Positions 1-11,689 of a stretch of 42,138 nucleotides of DNA are shown here, in pieces; the stretch's first letter is position 1, and every line of letters starts with the position of its first letter. The translations under genes and the position numbers were made by a program. Source of the stretch: Octopus bimaculoides (Eukaryota). The stretch covers positions 70,273,634 through 70,315,771 of the forward strand of contig NC_068985.1 in assembly GCF_001194135.2 (NCBI RefSeq), read 5' to 3'. The notes below the pieces were generated by a model, which saw nothing but the letters and a program-made list of their open reading frames with translations, was not told the DNA's origin and did no database searches.

Positions 1-364
1 CACTGTCTGTAGCTGGTTTTCTCTTGGAAGAGCCCTGCTTCTCACATGGACAATTGTATGTTGGCTGCTCAAGAGTGGGCAGCAACAAAAAAACCTATTT
101 GTATATGCTCCACAAGGGAAAACAAGGAACATAGTTTACAATGAGGTGTTATAATCACAACAGCAAGAAAGTATGTACATGATCACCTTCTTTTACGAAA
201 CTTCATTGACTTTCATATATTTATATTGATATACATATATATACGTGTGTTTGGGTGCGTGTGTGTATATACATCTCTATATATAAAGATGATTCGTAGT
301 CTAGACGGCGTTTTTAGATTTCATTATTCTCTTTAACCCGGGCAACGCCGGGTATTTCTGCTAG
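1..364 (+). mobile_element. Helitron 3' end
   Basis: The helicase end is followed by the hairpin CCCGG-GCAACG-CCGGG (337-352), an 8-nt spacer, CTAG (361-364) and T. This is the canonical Helitron 3' terminus. Confidence 0.85.
3..154 (+). pseudogene. Helitron RepHel PIF1-like helicase C-terminus (frameshifted fragment, runs off the window start)
   Basis: Manual translation: LSVAGFLLEEPCFSHGQLYVGCSRVGSNK, a frameshift in the A7 run, then NLFVYAPQGKTRNIVYNEVL*. FSHGQLYVxxSR and TxNIVYxEVL are the characteristic Helitron helicase C-terminal motifs. Confidence 0.88.
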
Positions 365-1057
365 TATATATATATATTCACACATTATATGTACATAAAT
401 GGCTTGCAACTTCATTTTTAGCTAAAATGTCTCCATCTTTAACATTTTTACATGCAAACGCTGAGAAACCAACTTGGCATAGTTTTGAGGTAATTATGGA
501 GATTATTGATTGTCTTCCTTTTCTTGGCATCGTTCTTGGTGTAAAAAAAAAATGAGAAAGGTAGGCAGGCTTCGCCGCGAAATTGTCATAATGTTCATTT
601 AAAAAAATGTTTTTATATATTATCTCTGTTTTTCTTTTAATTAAATAGGTTACATATTTGAGTCGACCAGAGTTTGCAAGGGTGATATTTTCACTCATTC
701 TTCTGAAGACTTCACCTCATTTCTAAATATAGTCATAAAGACATGACGATCTCATACACAAACATACATCCACATGAACACAAATGTGGAGACGCAAATT
801 ATCTAAAAAATCTTCAGGGATTATTATTAATATTATCGTTTTTTTAATGTTTGTTTTTTAACAAGTCGCTAAATACCTAGTTGCTAAATACGTCAGTGGG
901 AAAAAAAAAGAGTGAGACATATGAACTTTCACTATCTTCCTCCTTATTCTCCATCTTTTCAGCACAAAATCCTTAATACGAGATAGCAAGACCACAAATC
1001 TTAAAACTAAAAAATAACACTACGTAAGAACAAAAATCCAAACTATTAACATTAATC

Positions 1058-1245
1058 CTTTTTGCTACAGGCATAAGGCCTGAGATTTTTGGGAGAAGAA
1101 GCCGGTCGATTTTATCTTCCCCACTGTAATTATTTCATCAACTCCTGAAAGGAGAAAAGGCTATGTCGACATCACTGGGATTTGAACTCATAACAGAGAG
1201 ACGGAATAAATACTGGCTGACATTTCGTCCGCGGAGAAGATAATC
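1058..1245 (-). mobile_element. tRNA-derived SINE (degenerate)
   Basis: The minus strand has a B-box-like GAGTTCAAATCCC and a core resembling GTCGAC-TAGCCTTT-TCTCCTTTC. It is similar to the two copies at 25.9-26.3 kb, and I recognise the family from memory as a common octopus SINE. Confidence 0.7.
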
Positions 1246-1251
1246 TGTTGC

Positions 1252-1281
1252 TAATAATAATAATAATAATAATGATGATAA
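1252..1281 (+). repeat. (AAT)n microsatellite running into a gap
   Basis: Directly visible. Confidence 0.95.
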
Positions 1282-2240
1282 NNNNNNNNNNNNNNNNNNN
1301 NNNNNNNNNNNNNNNNNNNNNNNNNNNNNNNNNNNNNNNNNNNNNNNNNNNNNNNNNNNNNNNNNNNNNNNNNNNNNNNNNNNNNNNNNNNNNNNNNNNN
1401 NNNNNNNNNNNNNNNNNNNNNNNNNNNNNNNNNNNNNNNNNNNNNNNNNNNNNNNNNNNNNNNNNNNNNNNNNNNNNNNNNNNNNNNNNNNNNNNNNNNN
1501 NNNNNNNNNNNNNNNNNNNNNNNNNNNNNNNNNNNNNNNNNNNNNNNNNNNNNNNNNNNNNNNNNNNNNNNNNNNNNNNNNNNNNNNNNNNNNNNNNNNN
1601 NNNNNNNNNNNNNNNNNNNNNNNNNNNNNNNNNNNNNNNNNNNNNNNNNNNNNNNNNNNNNNNNNNNNNNNNNNNNNNNNNNNNNNNNNNNNNNNNNNNN
1701 NNNNNNNNNNNNNNNNNNNNNNNNNNNNNNNNNNNNNNNNNNNNNNNNNNNNNNNNNNNNNNNNNNNNNNNNNNNNNNNNNNNNNNNNNNNNNNNNNNNN
1801 NNNNNNNNNNNNNNNNNNNNNNNNNNNNNNNNNNNNNNNNNNNNNNNNNNNNNNNNNNNNNNNNNNNNNNNNNNNNNNNNNNNNNNNNNNNNNNNNNNNN
1901 NNNNNNNNNNNNNNNNNNNNNNNNNNNNNNNNNNNNNNNNNNNNNNNNNNNNNNNNNNNNNNNNNNNNNNNNNNNNNNNNNNNNNNNNNNNNNNNNNNNN
2001 NNNNNNNNNNNNNNNNNNNNNNNNNNNNNNNNNNNNNNNNNNNNNNNNNNNNNNNNNNNNNNNNNNNNNNNNNNNNNNNNNNNNNNNNNNNNNNNNNNNN
2101 NNNNNNNNNNNNNNNNNNNNNNNNNNNNNNNNNNNNNNNNNNNNNNNNNNNNNNNNNNNNNNNNNNNNNNNNNNNNNNNNNNNNNNNNNNNNNNNNNNNN
2201 NNNNNNNNNNNNNNNNNNNNNNNNNNNNNNNNNNNNNNNN

Positions 2241-2573
2241 GGAAATAGAGATAACTCGAATGTGGAATCTAAAAACAGAAACAATTCCTATCATAGTAGG
2301 TGCCTTAGGTATAATAAAAAAATATTCAGACAAATACATAACAAAAACACCAGGACTTACAAATATATATAACATACAGAAAATTGCACTACTGGGTACT
2401 GCACACATTCTACGCAAAACACTTTCAAGACATTAAACATAAGAGCACCACAGCAAACCACAGCACATACCCAAGGCGCACAGAGCTGCGCTCGGTAGTG
2501 AAGTGAAAGCACGTTATAAAAATAAAACTACTGAACAATAATAATAATAATAATTATAATAATAATAATAATA
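2241..2573 (+). mobile_element. R4/Dong-clade non-LTR retrotransposon 3' end (RLE domain C-terminus, 3' UTR, (AAT)n tail)
   Basis: 2242-2436 translates without stops as EIEITRMWNLKTETIPIIVGALGIIKKYSDKYITKTPGLTNIYNIQKIALLGTAHILRKTLSRH*. This matches the R4/Dong pattern EIxRMW..PxVxGALG..QKxAxLGTAxILRxxL. An (AAT)n tail follows at about 2538-2573. Confidence 0.9.
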
Positions 2574-2870
2574 GGACAAAAAAGAAAAAATACAATCCCT
2601 TAAAATTTGAAATAAGAAGAGTTTGGAACATGAGAACAGTGATGTCCGTGCCTAAAACAATTGATACGTTGGGAACAGTACGCAAAGATATAAAATGGCT
2701 GAAGAAGATTGGAAGGAGAGTTCCTAAAGAAGGTTGGTCTCTTACGGACAGCAAGAATTATCAGGAGGGTTCTGAGCACTTGAAAGGCAGCTGAAATCTT
2801 GCGTATACCTAAGGTTACGGGTAGTAACCTGCACCCACATAAATCCTACCAGGAATATAATCGAACTTAA
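2574..2870 (+). mobile_element. Second, divergent and decayed R4/Dong-clade 3' fragment
   Basis: Translates as KKKKYNPLKFEIRRVWNMRTVMSVPKTIDTLGTVRKDIKWLKKIG, a frameshift, then FLKKVGLLRTARIIRRVLST*. This is the same C-terminal motif set as the element just upstream. Confidence 0.8.
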
Positions 2871-3129
2871 GCCAAATCAAGCCAAAATATTTAACATGAA
2901 GATGCTACTGATTAATATATTAGTCGACACACGACACACAATATCAAAGGCATCACAGGCAAAACTGTATGCATAAAAATTAGATTTGCAGGAATATAGC
3001 GCTTCTCTCCCCACCTTTTTCATGTGAAACTTCAAAAGGATTATGATAGTTGGGCTAAAATCTAATGTATCTGTATTCAATCATTTCAATTTTGTCCACC
3101 ATATAACGTCCTTCGTCATAACCACCAAA

Positions 3130-3740
3130 GAGATAAAAATGGTTGGCTGTTGCGGCCAAAGGAGATTGATAGCCTTGACTGATCATGGACTGCACGACTA
3201 ACTGGATCTTTCCTATCAAACGCCACAAGACAGTGAAGTTATATTATCATACGTGAACAAGTTCTACAGGTAATCGATCACTGCTCCGGCAATGGACGAG
3301 TGCCTGCAGAACAGTCTCGTCGTTCAAATGCATCTCAGACAAACAAAGTTGACGACAATTCTATCCCTGTACAGTTTATACCTTGAACTGGCAATACTAT
3401 TCCGGACTAATTTTGGCTCCTATAACAGATTATTTACCTACAGTGGTGCAGATGTATTTGGTGTCCGACATTATTTCGGTAACTCATTCACATATGCCAA
3501 TTCAGATCTTCTACATCCGTATTCATGTGGGATGCTCCTCAAAGTCTGTAGTTTCCGCTGCATTGACTCTGTAGACAGTATATGTACAGGGTACACAGAT
3601 ACAAGATTAATAGTCTGATGGGCAACCATTTAAACTGACGCAGTCCATTGCACTGAAACAACTCTTGAAAATGAGGGAAAAGATCGGACGTTCCGAAGAT
3701 CTCCAGTCGAAGACAGAAACCTGCCTCTCCTGGGCCATAA
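3130..3740 (-). mobile_element. Decayed Tx1/L1-clade LINE ORF2 3' region (zf-RVT remnant)
   Basis: Minus-strand pieces read LPV/RYKLYRDRIVVNFVCLRCI and ETVLQALVHC, paralleling the better preserved copy at 14.8-15.5 kb. Confidence 0.55.
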
Positions 3741-3939
3741 GCCTAAATGTATGGTTTTTGCTGCTTGTCACACCTTCAGAAACAGTTTACTTTCTGAATA
3801 CAGAAATGTGAATTATATTGCAGGAGCCAGACCTTCCACCCACCCGCCAAAAATTAAAAAGAAAAAGAAAACAGAGAAACATTTTCCCACAGACGTGCAT
3901 ATACGTACAACTCGTAGACCCCAAAACTGGACATGAAGA

Positions 3940-5560
3940 TACTTGCCTGACGAAATTCTTGCCTCCCTGATAGCCTCCATATCTATGTCGATCGGCTAGA
4001 GGTCAAAATTCCCTTCCATCTTCCACTATTGTAGCGCTGTTTGTGAGTGGACTTCATGCTACATGTATTTGCATTACGCATTTTGTGTAGGGTCATGTGA
4101 AATATAAAATTAAAACGAACCGCTTACCTTATTCGTACAGAAGGATAAACGTACCCTCCTTTCGGCTAGTTGTGGACGCTTTCTCGAAGATGTCTTTTAT
4201 AGTGATTTGTTTATATTCCTTCAGAAACCTTGTATTCCAAGGACATACTGTTTTTGAAACATTTCTTCATATTCTGGCTTTTTCTATGATATTTGTTGTT
4301 ACGGTATGTTTTTCGTGTATAATGTTTGTACGTTGATATATTTAATTCACTTCTTTTTCATTGTTTGTGCCCGTGGTCATTTTGATAAATTGTTTTTTCT
4401 TTTTATGTTGAGGATGGTGTTCTTGCTGTTAATGTGAGTCGATAGCGATTGTGATGCTGTTGTAGTTAGTCTTGGTACATCGGCGCTCAAATTCCTCTCC
4501 AGGCTCATTCAAACTGTCCAACTCTTTTACGGCGGGGATTGTAAAATAACTTTATTCTTCCATTTCTACTGTGCACGTTTTTACCATTTATAGTATGCTT
4601 TGTCAACTTCATCACAGACATGTTTTCGTGTTTCCGAATTACGAGATACATGTTTTTGGTGGGATTGTTGATAGTGGTTTGTTACTCTTTTTATTGCTAT
4701 TTGTACGGGTTGGGGTTTCGTGGTTATTGTCGATGTTACTGTCAATAAGGTAGCAGTTAATTGCAGTATTTTTGCTGTGTTTGTTACTATTAATACCGTT
4801 GTCGATGCTGTTATTGCTGTTGTAGGTGCTGCATTTGTTCTTGCTGCTAGTGTTGCAGTTACTTTTGCTGGCGTTGCAATTTCTGCTGCTGGTGTTGCAT
4901 GTTGATGCAATTGTTGATGTTGAAGTCGCTGTTGATTTTGTTATATTAGCAGTAGTAGAATCATTCATTCAGCTGTCACATTCTATTGTTGACTCAGAAA
5001 GCCTTGAGGAAATCAGTATTTCTAGATTTGAGGCATCTCTAAAACTCTTCTAAAACTGCAGTTGCTACCATCCTGAGATTTCTGTGAGATCATTGATTCT
5101 GTCCTTTGCGACCTCATTCTTCTCTCGGAATCCTTTGATTTTTTGGCAATGTGCTAATGTTCTTCAAGAAAACACTTTTCGCACACCGCACCAGAAATCA
5201 TGCCTGGTGGTATTTTTATAAGTTTAAATGTCCTTATTCTCCGTCGCAAGTAAATTCGTATCAGCATAAAATCTGTTTAATGTGTGCTGGTGAACTACTT
5301 CAGGATGAGGGCCTCTAAGTTAAAATTCATTTCTTTAGAACCTTACAATCTGACACCTGCAACTAACTTCGTATCTCCCCACATGCTTTCCAAGAATAGT
5401 TCAGTTTGTTCTGGGGAGTGTCGCGCTATTCTATGTCTCATTAACATACATTTGACCACCGTCGATCTACCCTCTGTTCGCTGTAGGGTCTACTGTGGTA
5501 TCATCTGTTGAAGCTTTTGTTCAGAAAATGAAAAATTTTGAAATGCTAGCAAACGTACGC
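3940..5560 (-). mobile_element. Possible decayed non-LTR ORF1 (zinc-knuckle remnant) with a Thr/Asn/Ser low-complexity tract and a possible APE start
   Basis: CEKCFLEEH*HIA at 5183-5146 resembles CX2CX4HX4C. IDMEAIREARIS near 3955-3990 resembles the APE motif DxxxxxET. There are many stops and frameshifts. Confidence 0.3.
4660..4970. repeat. Degenerate (GTT/GCT)-type triplet repeat
   Basis: Cryptic triplet periodicity that produces the A/T/N/V-rich ORFs in several frames. Confidence 0.75.
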
Positions 5561-5769
5561 TTTTTCTGTCCTTCCACTGTTGCCGTTTTTACTTTTGTGA
5601 TTGTTGCTACTACGTTCAATGGTTATTTCTAGTGTATTGGTAGAAGCTCTGTTGGTATAACTAGAGTTTGTTCTTATAGTGATAGTTAAAGTGATAGTAG
5701 CGGTAGCACTGACTTTCTCTCTCCTACGATTAATATTTCTCTATCGTACGCATGATTTCTGCCACAACT

Positions 5770-5890
5770 GTTGGGATTTGGAATGGGGCTGTTGCTCATA
5801 CTGCTGTTGTTTTTGTTGTTGCTGTTGTTTCCACTGCTCCTATTGTTGTTGCTGTAGATGCTAACTGCTAATGCTGTTGGTCATTACTAC
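5770..5890. repeat. Degenerate (GCT/GTT) triplet repeat
   Basis: Directly visible; yields a poly-Cys ORF. Confidence 0.75.
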
Positions 5891-6142
5891 GCATGTGATG
5901 TTGTATGGTGTTAGAGGTGTTGACTGCGAAAGACAATTCCATAGTCAAAATTCCCTTCCATCTCCCACTCTTGCTAACTGGACAGGAAGACGAAAGTGTG
6001 GAAGACACTTTGAAAATGTTGCAAAAAGACTTTCTTTCAAAATGTTGCCCTTAGTCTCTTGTTTATCGGCTTCGAAACAAGAGAAAACACTAAAATTATT
6101 GCATACAACTATACTTAAAGTATATACGTCTCTTATTTAGCT

Positions 6143-6486
6143 GAAAGACTGCTATTTGGGTGGTGGAGAATACACTCTCAAAGGGCCGGGTGTTGAAACA
6201 CTGCTTCTATTTCATATTTGAATTTATTCTTACGTATGCATTGCCCGGGAATATCTGCACATAGTCCGCCCGCTACATGCATGTAACTCGGGACAGGCGA
6301 TATGATTTATCTCTGAAACTGTTCGGCTACATGGTATTGATAAGCCACAGGAATGGTAAAACGTCAATTTGCATCACTTCTGAATGAGATTAGAGATAAC
6401 TTATCTCATCTGTCCTAGACTGTCAGGTGGGTGAACACCCGACACTTTGATAGAGTATTCTCCATAAAACTAAACAGCAGCCTTAC
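6143..6486. mobile_element. Foldback/MITE-like element with imperfect terminal inverted repeats
   Basis: TGGAGAATACACTCTCAAAGGGCCGGGTGTT (6164-6194) matches the reverse complement of 6434-6464 at 27/31 positions, with weaker matching extending outward. No clear TSD. Confidence 0.55.
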
Positions 6487-6589
6487 TTAATTACTTAATT
6501 ATAACCTACAGTTTGAACAAAAAATGAACAGCAGATATATGCTGGGTGTAGGTTAAGTACATGCCGTTGATAATGTTTATATATATACG

Positions 6590-6675
6590 ACGGTTTCCGT
6601 CCACCAAATCTAACTTTGGTTGGTCCGAGACTATAGTAGAAACGTGCCTAAGGTGCCAGGTAGTGATATGGGAAG
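6590..6675 (-). mobile_element. SINE fragment (different family)
   Basis: CGGTTTCCGTCCACCAAATCT..TTGGTTGGTCCGAGACTATAGTAGAA..CCTAAGGTGCCA resembles a common octopus SINE recalled from memory. Confidence 0.5.
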
Positions 6676-7229
6676 GAAATATCATACCACATAGTCATGC
6701 CTATTATTGTAATGAATCGTACATAACTTCAGGAAATATATTGAAATATGTAAAAGATTAAGAACTTTTCAGGAATTCGTAAAAAGAATTAGGCAAATTA
6801 GCCAAATCTACTGGAAGAAGGAAATTAACTAAAACTGAAAGTATTAAGCTCGATCGGGAAATTAGTCTAGAACGACTCATGCAAATACATGGAAACAGAA
6901 GAACCTACTCTAACAGAAAATATAGAAAAGAAGGAAACATTAGAAAAGACTACTTCAGATAATTCACATTAATATTTATAACTGAATTCAACATTAGAAA
7001 ATAGAAAATAGGCAAAAATACAATAACATCCACAATTATAAACTACATCTTGAACAAAAATGAACTAGAATTTAAATGAATTGAAGAGTAGGGACAGAAG
7101 AACTAGACAAATATTATAAGCGTTCTGAAACCACCGATCAGAAGCTATCGAATGTTCATGCATGCACACAACAAAGATATTGTTAAGTACAAACAGAAAA
7201 CAAAATTTAAATAGCAACAGTAGGATTAA

Positions 7230-7720
7230 GAAAGCTGTTTGGAACAAGCAAAAGGAAAATCACTTTTTTTGCTTACAAGAAACTTCTAAATTACAAACTG
7301 GGATATGAATACATTACAATATATTTAGATTAAATAATACAGCTAAAAATTTCTTATAAACATCAACTAAAAATGGTAATCCTAAATAAACCAGATATAA
7401 GGCAAAAACGATTCTGTGCTCAATATACTGTAAGACTAAACAAAGATATCAAGCCAAAGTTAAGACTAGTAATCATAGGTGTTTGGGCAAAAATAACAGA
7501 ACTTTATGTCAAAATTTTTGCAGAATAGGACAAAAGTCAAGCCACGAACAACTACCTATATAAAACAGTGCATGTGCTTCAAAGTGAAAACAAACATGTT
7601 GACTCATCGGCACCGAACTCGCTCACAACCATTTGAAATCGATCAAAGTCTTAAGATCAACTCAACGAATCTGTCTACGCCAATCAAAAACCTGGAATAA
7701 AATAAAATATGCTCCCCGAA
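7230..7720 (+). mobile_element. Possible heavily decayed LINE ORF2 C-terminus
   Basis: A-rich. Pieces read KLR/TSNHR..KNNRTLCQNFCRIG, resembling the post-RT motif RxSNHxL..RxCxxC..IGDExH. Confidence 0.3.
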
Positions 7721-8163
7721 GAATGTTTAGATTCTCTTTTCATTAAAATATTTCCAGAGTGGAAATGGAGAATTTTTAAAAATGGAAATAAAGAGGGGGT
7801 TGGCATGCAATTAAAACAATATCAATAGTAACTGTGACACTATGTATGAAACAAATTGTGAATAAAATTTACGCACTTTTGAAAAGGTTGACTTGTAATG
7901 CTTAGCTCACATACTTTCACTTTCAATTGAAAAGCACAACTCATACTGGACATAGAACACATCCGATATAATAACCACCAAATAAAATAACACAGCATAT
8001 GTTTTGAGAATCACCTTTAAACCACATAATATGACTCAAACTAAAAAATCAACCTCTAATAAAATTAACTCATTACATAATCGATGCCAGACGCTATATC
8101 AACAGCAATTTACCTTCTATTCAGTTGTCATCATTAATATGACAACCCAGATATCACTTTCAT

Positions 8164-8466
8164 TTACGCAATGAATGCCCGGCAGTAAAACATAATACTT
8201 ATCACCATCAGTTGAGTCTCCAGGAAAAAATGGAGGAGATCCTTGTCAATTACTGAAGCCCACGATTCATTAGTCATCCAGGCACAAGCAACACCCCACC
8301 CCATGGTCTTTGAGCCATGTAGTGAAGATATACAATGATAGTGGATAATAGGCTTTGGAGAGTAGTTGCAAGAGCAATAAGTCAAAGTAAGCCTCTGTCT
8401 AATGGGAAGGTAAAGGGAATCGGCCAAAGGCAAAAGCTCCCCCATTGGAGACATGTTGAGCATCAC
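8164..8466 (-). mobile_element. Possible decayed I/Nimb-type LINE fragment (post-RT tether plus RNase H start)
   Basis: The ORF contains MSPMGELLPLADSLYLPIRQRLTLTYC (resembles TSPxxSLxAEAxxxPLxxRRxxLxxxY) and HGSKTMGWGVACAW (resembles the RNase H motif DGSK..GVGCA). Confidence 0.4.
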
Positions 8467-9029
8467 ATCTTTATGAAATTAATTGTTTTAATCCTCAAGC
8501 AAATTATGAAAGACATGAAATAGAAATAAGAGGCAAGTGTGATATCCACCACGATTAAACATTATAGGTAAAAATTACCTACTATCTTAAAAAGAACATG
8601 CATGGCAGTAATGGGGCCCCGCTACCCACGATCACCTCAGAAACGATTACATGTGACACTTAATGTGCCAGTTTGCAAGATGAGAAGTTTGGGAGGAGCA
8701 GAGTTACATGATGCACGAATCTAGTCTAGATGCCGTCATCTAATCCATGGTGGAAGGCTGGCCATATTTGTGTCATGTATTTTTCATTTCAATCTTATTG
8801 ATTATATTATGTTTATATATTTATATTCTCCTTATTCTTTTCTCATGTATATATATTCAATCAATTATTTTGTAGAAGTGAAAAAAATTATTTCTTCTCA
8901 ATATATCGTATAATGTATTACCTTCCCTCACTTTATATAATTTACTCTGTATATCCCTACAGTTTTGGCAACAGGCTTGGTATTTTTCGAATAAATGAAT
9001 GGACTCAGGTGGCAATAAAATAAATTATC

Positions 9030-9030
<1 letters not shown>

Positions 9031-9118
<88 letters not shown>
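9031..9118 (+). repeat. (ATT)n microsatellite
   Basis: About 29 near-perfect units. Confidence 0.98.
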
Positions 9119-9119
<1 letters not shown>

Positions 9120-9684
9120 GCAGCTTCATGATACAAAAGAAAAGAGAGTATTATGAGTTCCCTTTGCAAGCCTGCTATACATTACTCACAGATAAATATC
9201 TCTAAATGGCAATTGAACATTCTTTTGGTACAGTATGTTTAATACTCTAGTATAGAGAATTATAGAGAATAATATTCATTGGTACATTTACTCCAAGTCA
9301 GAAATAGAAGTTATCACACTGCTTAAGTTCAAATGCCAACAAAGGTTTGTAAATATTCCAGAAGAAATATTTAATCTTCATTAACAAAAGATTTTTAAAT
9401 ATAGCAAAGATGGCAGCCATTTTAACTTCCATCAATAACTAAACAAAACAGTTATTTCTATATAGCTCTTTGCTTTTCCATAAATGCCTTTGAGATATAA
9501 ATTTTGAATGGAGAAATGGTGTTTGTTTGGAATCATTTAATTCATGAATATTCATTCTGACATTTACAGCTTTCAAATTTAAATATTTCTTACTTTTCAT
9601 TTAGATATTGATAGATTTATACAAAGTTAACTGCACTGAAATTTATATATAACTGACTGGAGTTATAAACATTATATGAAACAT

Positions 9685-9781
9685 ACAACAACAACGTAAT
9701 TCTACTACTACTGCTGCTACTATTACCATCATCACTACTATCACTACTATTAATAATAATGACAACAACAATAGTAATAAA

Positions 9782-9842
<61 letters not shown>

Positions 9843-10020
9843 GCAACTACAAGACGATTAATAACAATGACAACGACGTCGCCTATTATTGGCAACAATA
9901 ATATAATTATGAAAATCATCATCATCGTCGTCGACGTCATCAAGATCGTCGTCGTCGTCGTCCCCCTCCTCCTCATCATCATCATCGTCGTCATCATCAC
10001 CATCATCGCCATCCTCATTA
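9685..10020. repeat. Compound triplet repeat (ACT/AAT/ATC/GTC)
   Basis: Directly visible; source of the poly-I, poly-L and poly-D ORFs. Confidence 0.9.
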
Positions 10021-11140
10021 TGTTCCACTATTAACAAAAGCAGGAACATTACTGATATCAATAACAAAAACATTTACGAATACATGATTGCTATATTAGA
10101 ATTTGTTATGATTTAGAGTGAAATATAAATAAGGTTAGAAATAATCAGCCGTTTATGACGAAGGACGAATGCATAGTATTGAATTATTAATTTATACTTA
10201 TTTTCATAGAGAAACATACACACACGCAGAAATACTCACACCCACTTGCAATAAACTGTATGCCGGTTAGTGTTTGCGTGTTGGGTAGAAAAGTGTAGCG
10301 GGTAGTTGTTTACGTGTGTTTATACTAGTGCAAACTCAAATATCTGTGGATCTATGTATATTTCTCAATCTTTAGATATCTGTCTCATGAGAAGCTCTAA
10401 GTTATGACAGTTAAATGGAAACATCAAATAGTTGTATGTGTTTGTGATTGATTGTGTGCATACGAGTGCGCGTGTGGAAGAGAAGAGAGACAGAGAGTGT
10501 ATGTGTCTATATACGTGTGTGCGCAATGCTTGTGCATGTGTGCATGTGTGTGTGTGTGGAGGGTGTATTGTAATCAATAATTAAGATTTTAAAGGAATAA
10601 TATCAGTGTCATTGTATTTGAAGAGTGAACGACGGCAAGTATTCAGAATATATTTCCACGGTCACGTGTTCTGGTTTAACATTTAAGTAAGATCATCATT
10701 ATATAGATTTCTACACCAAGGTTATTAGAGGATGAGTCAGAAAGCAATGCATTTTTAAAAAATTTCATTACAATTTGACTCACCATAGTATGTACAAGGA
10801 TAAGTCAAAAGGAAATGCAAAAACCAAAAAATTGCACTAATATCTGATTCATAGTTTAGCACCAAACTGAATGTAGTTACTGCATCGATATCATTCTTAT
10901 AATGGTGATACAGAAAAATATTTTGTAACATGAGCTTGTAGGGTTTAGGTAGTCATATTGACCCAACTAATTTGATTCGGTATTTATTTTGCTGATCAGG
11001 TTTCTGAATTGCTGGATGATAGTTAATAAGAGAACACAGGATACACGAAATAAACATCACTTTTTTTTTGCGGGGGGGGGGGATTATGTACAGGCGTAAA
11101 AATAAACGCATGCATATTTACATACACATATAGATGAATG

Positions 11141-11145
11141 GATAG

Positions 11146-11210
<65 letters not shown>
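11141..11210 (+). repeat. (GATA)n-(GA)n microsatellite
   Basis: Directly visible. Confidence 0.97.
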
Positions 11211-11214
<4 letters not shown>

Positions 11215-11689
11215 TAAATTAATGAGTAGATAATGGTTTTCTGCACATATTCCGCCTCCTAAATTTCTTTCCCAAACTAGAATTCAGTACTCTCATTTAA
11301 CATTCCACACTAACACAATACCATATAGTATACACTAACTCTAGTTTATGGCTTCTTTTTTTTAAATTTAAGTATCAATTTAGAGTCTTTTACGCAAATG
11401 TATTTTCGGCATGTATTACCAGTTAATTAGGTAAGGTGTTGTGGTCAGTACCATCACTGAGTAAATGTTAAAGATAACAATGAAGTGTTTAATTAATTCT
11501 ATGTACGTTGTTGAGTGTTAATGAATTGGGGTTAGCCAATCCGCATATGATTCACAAAGATAATGTATAAGAAACAAATAATGGAAGTAAACAAAAATCT
11601 CAAAAGTCTTTTTAATGGTTTATGCTTTTACTACATTTATTACGTAGATTATTGGCTCTAGCTATCGCTATCTTGTTCCAAAATTTATC

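Noticed and set aside
378-698. 106-aa minus-strand ORF and the GGCGAAGCC mini-hairpin at 568-576
   Set aside because: The ORF has no recognisable motif. The hairpin resembles Helitron-type terminal hairpins but has no CTAG end nearby.
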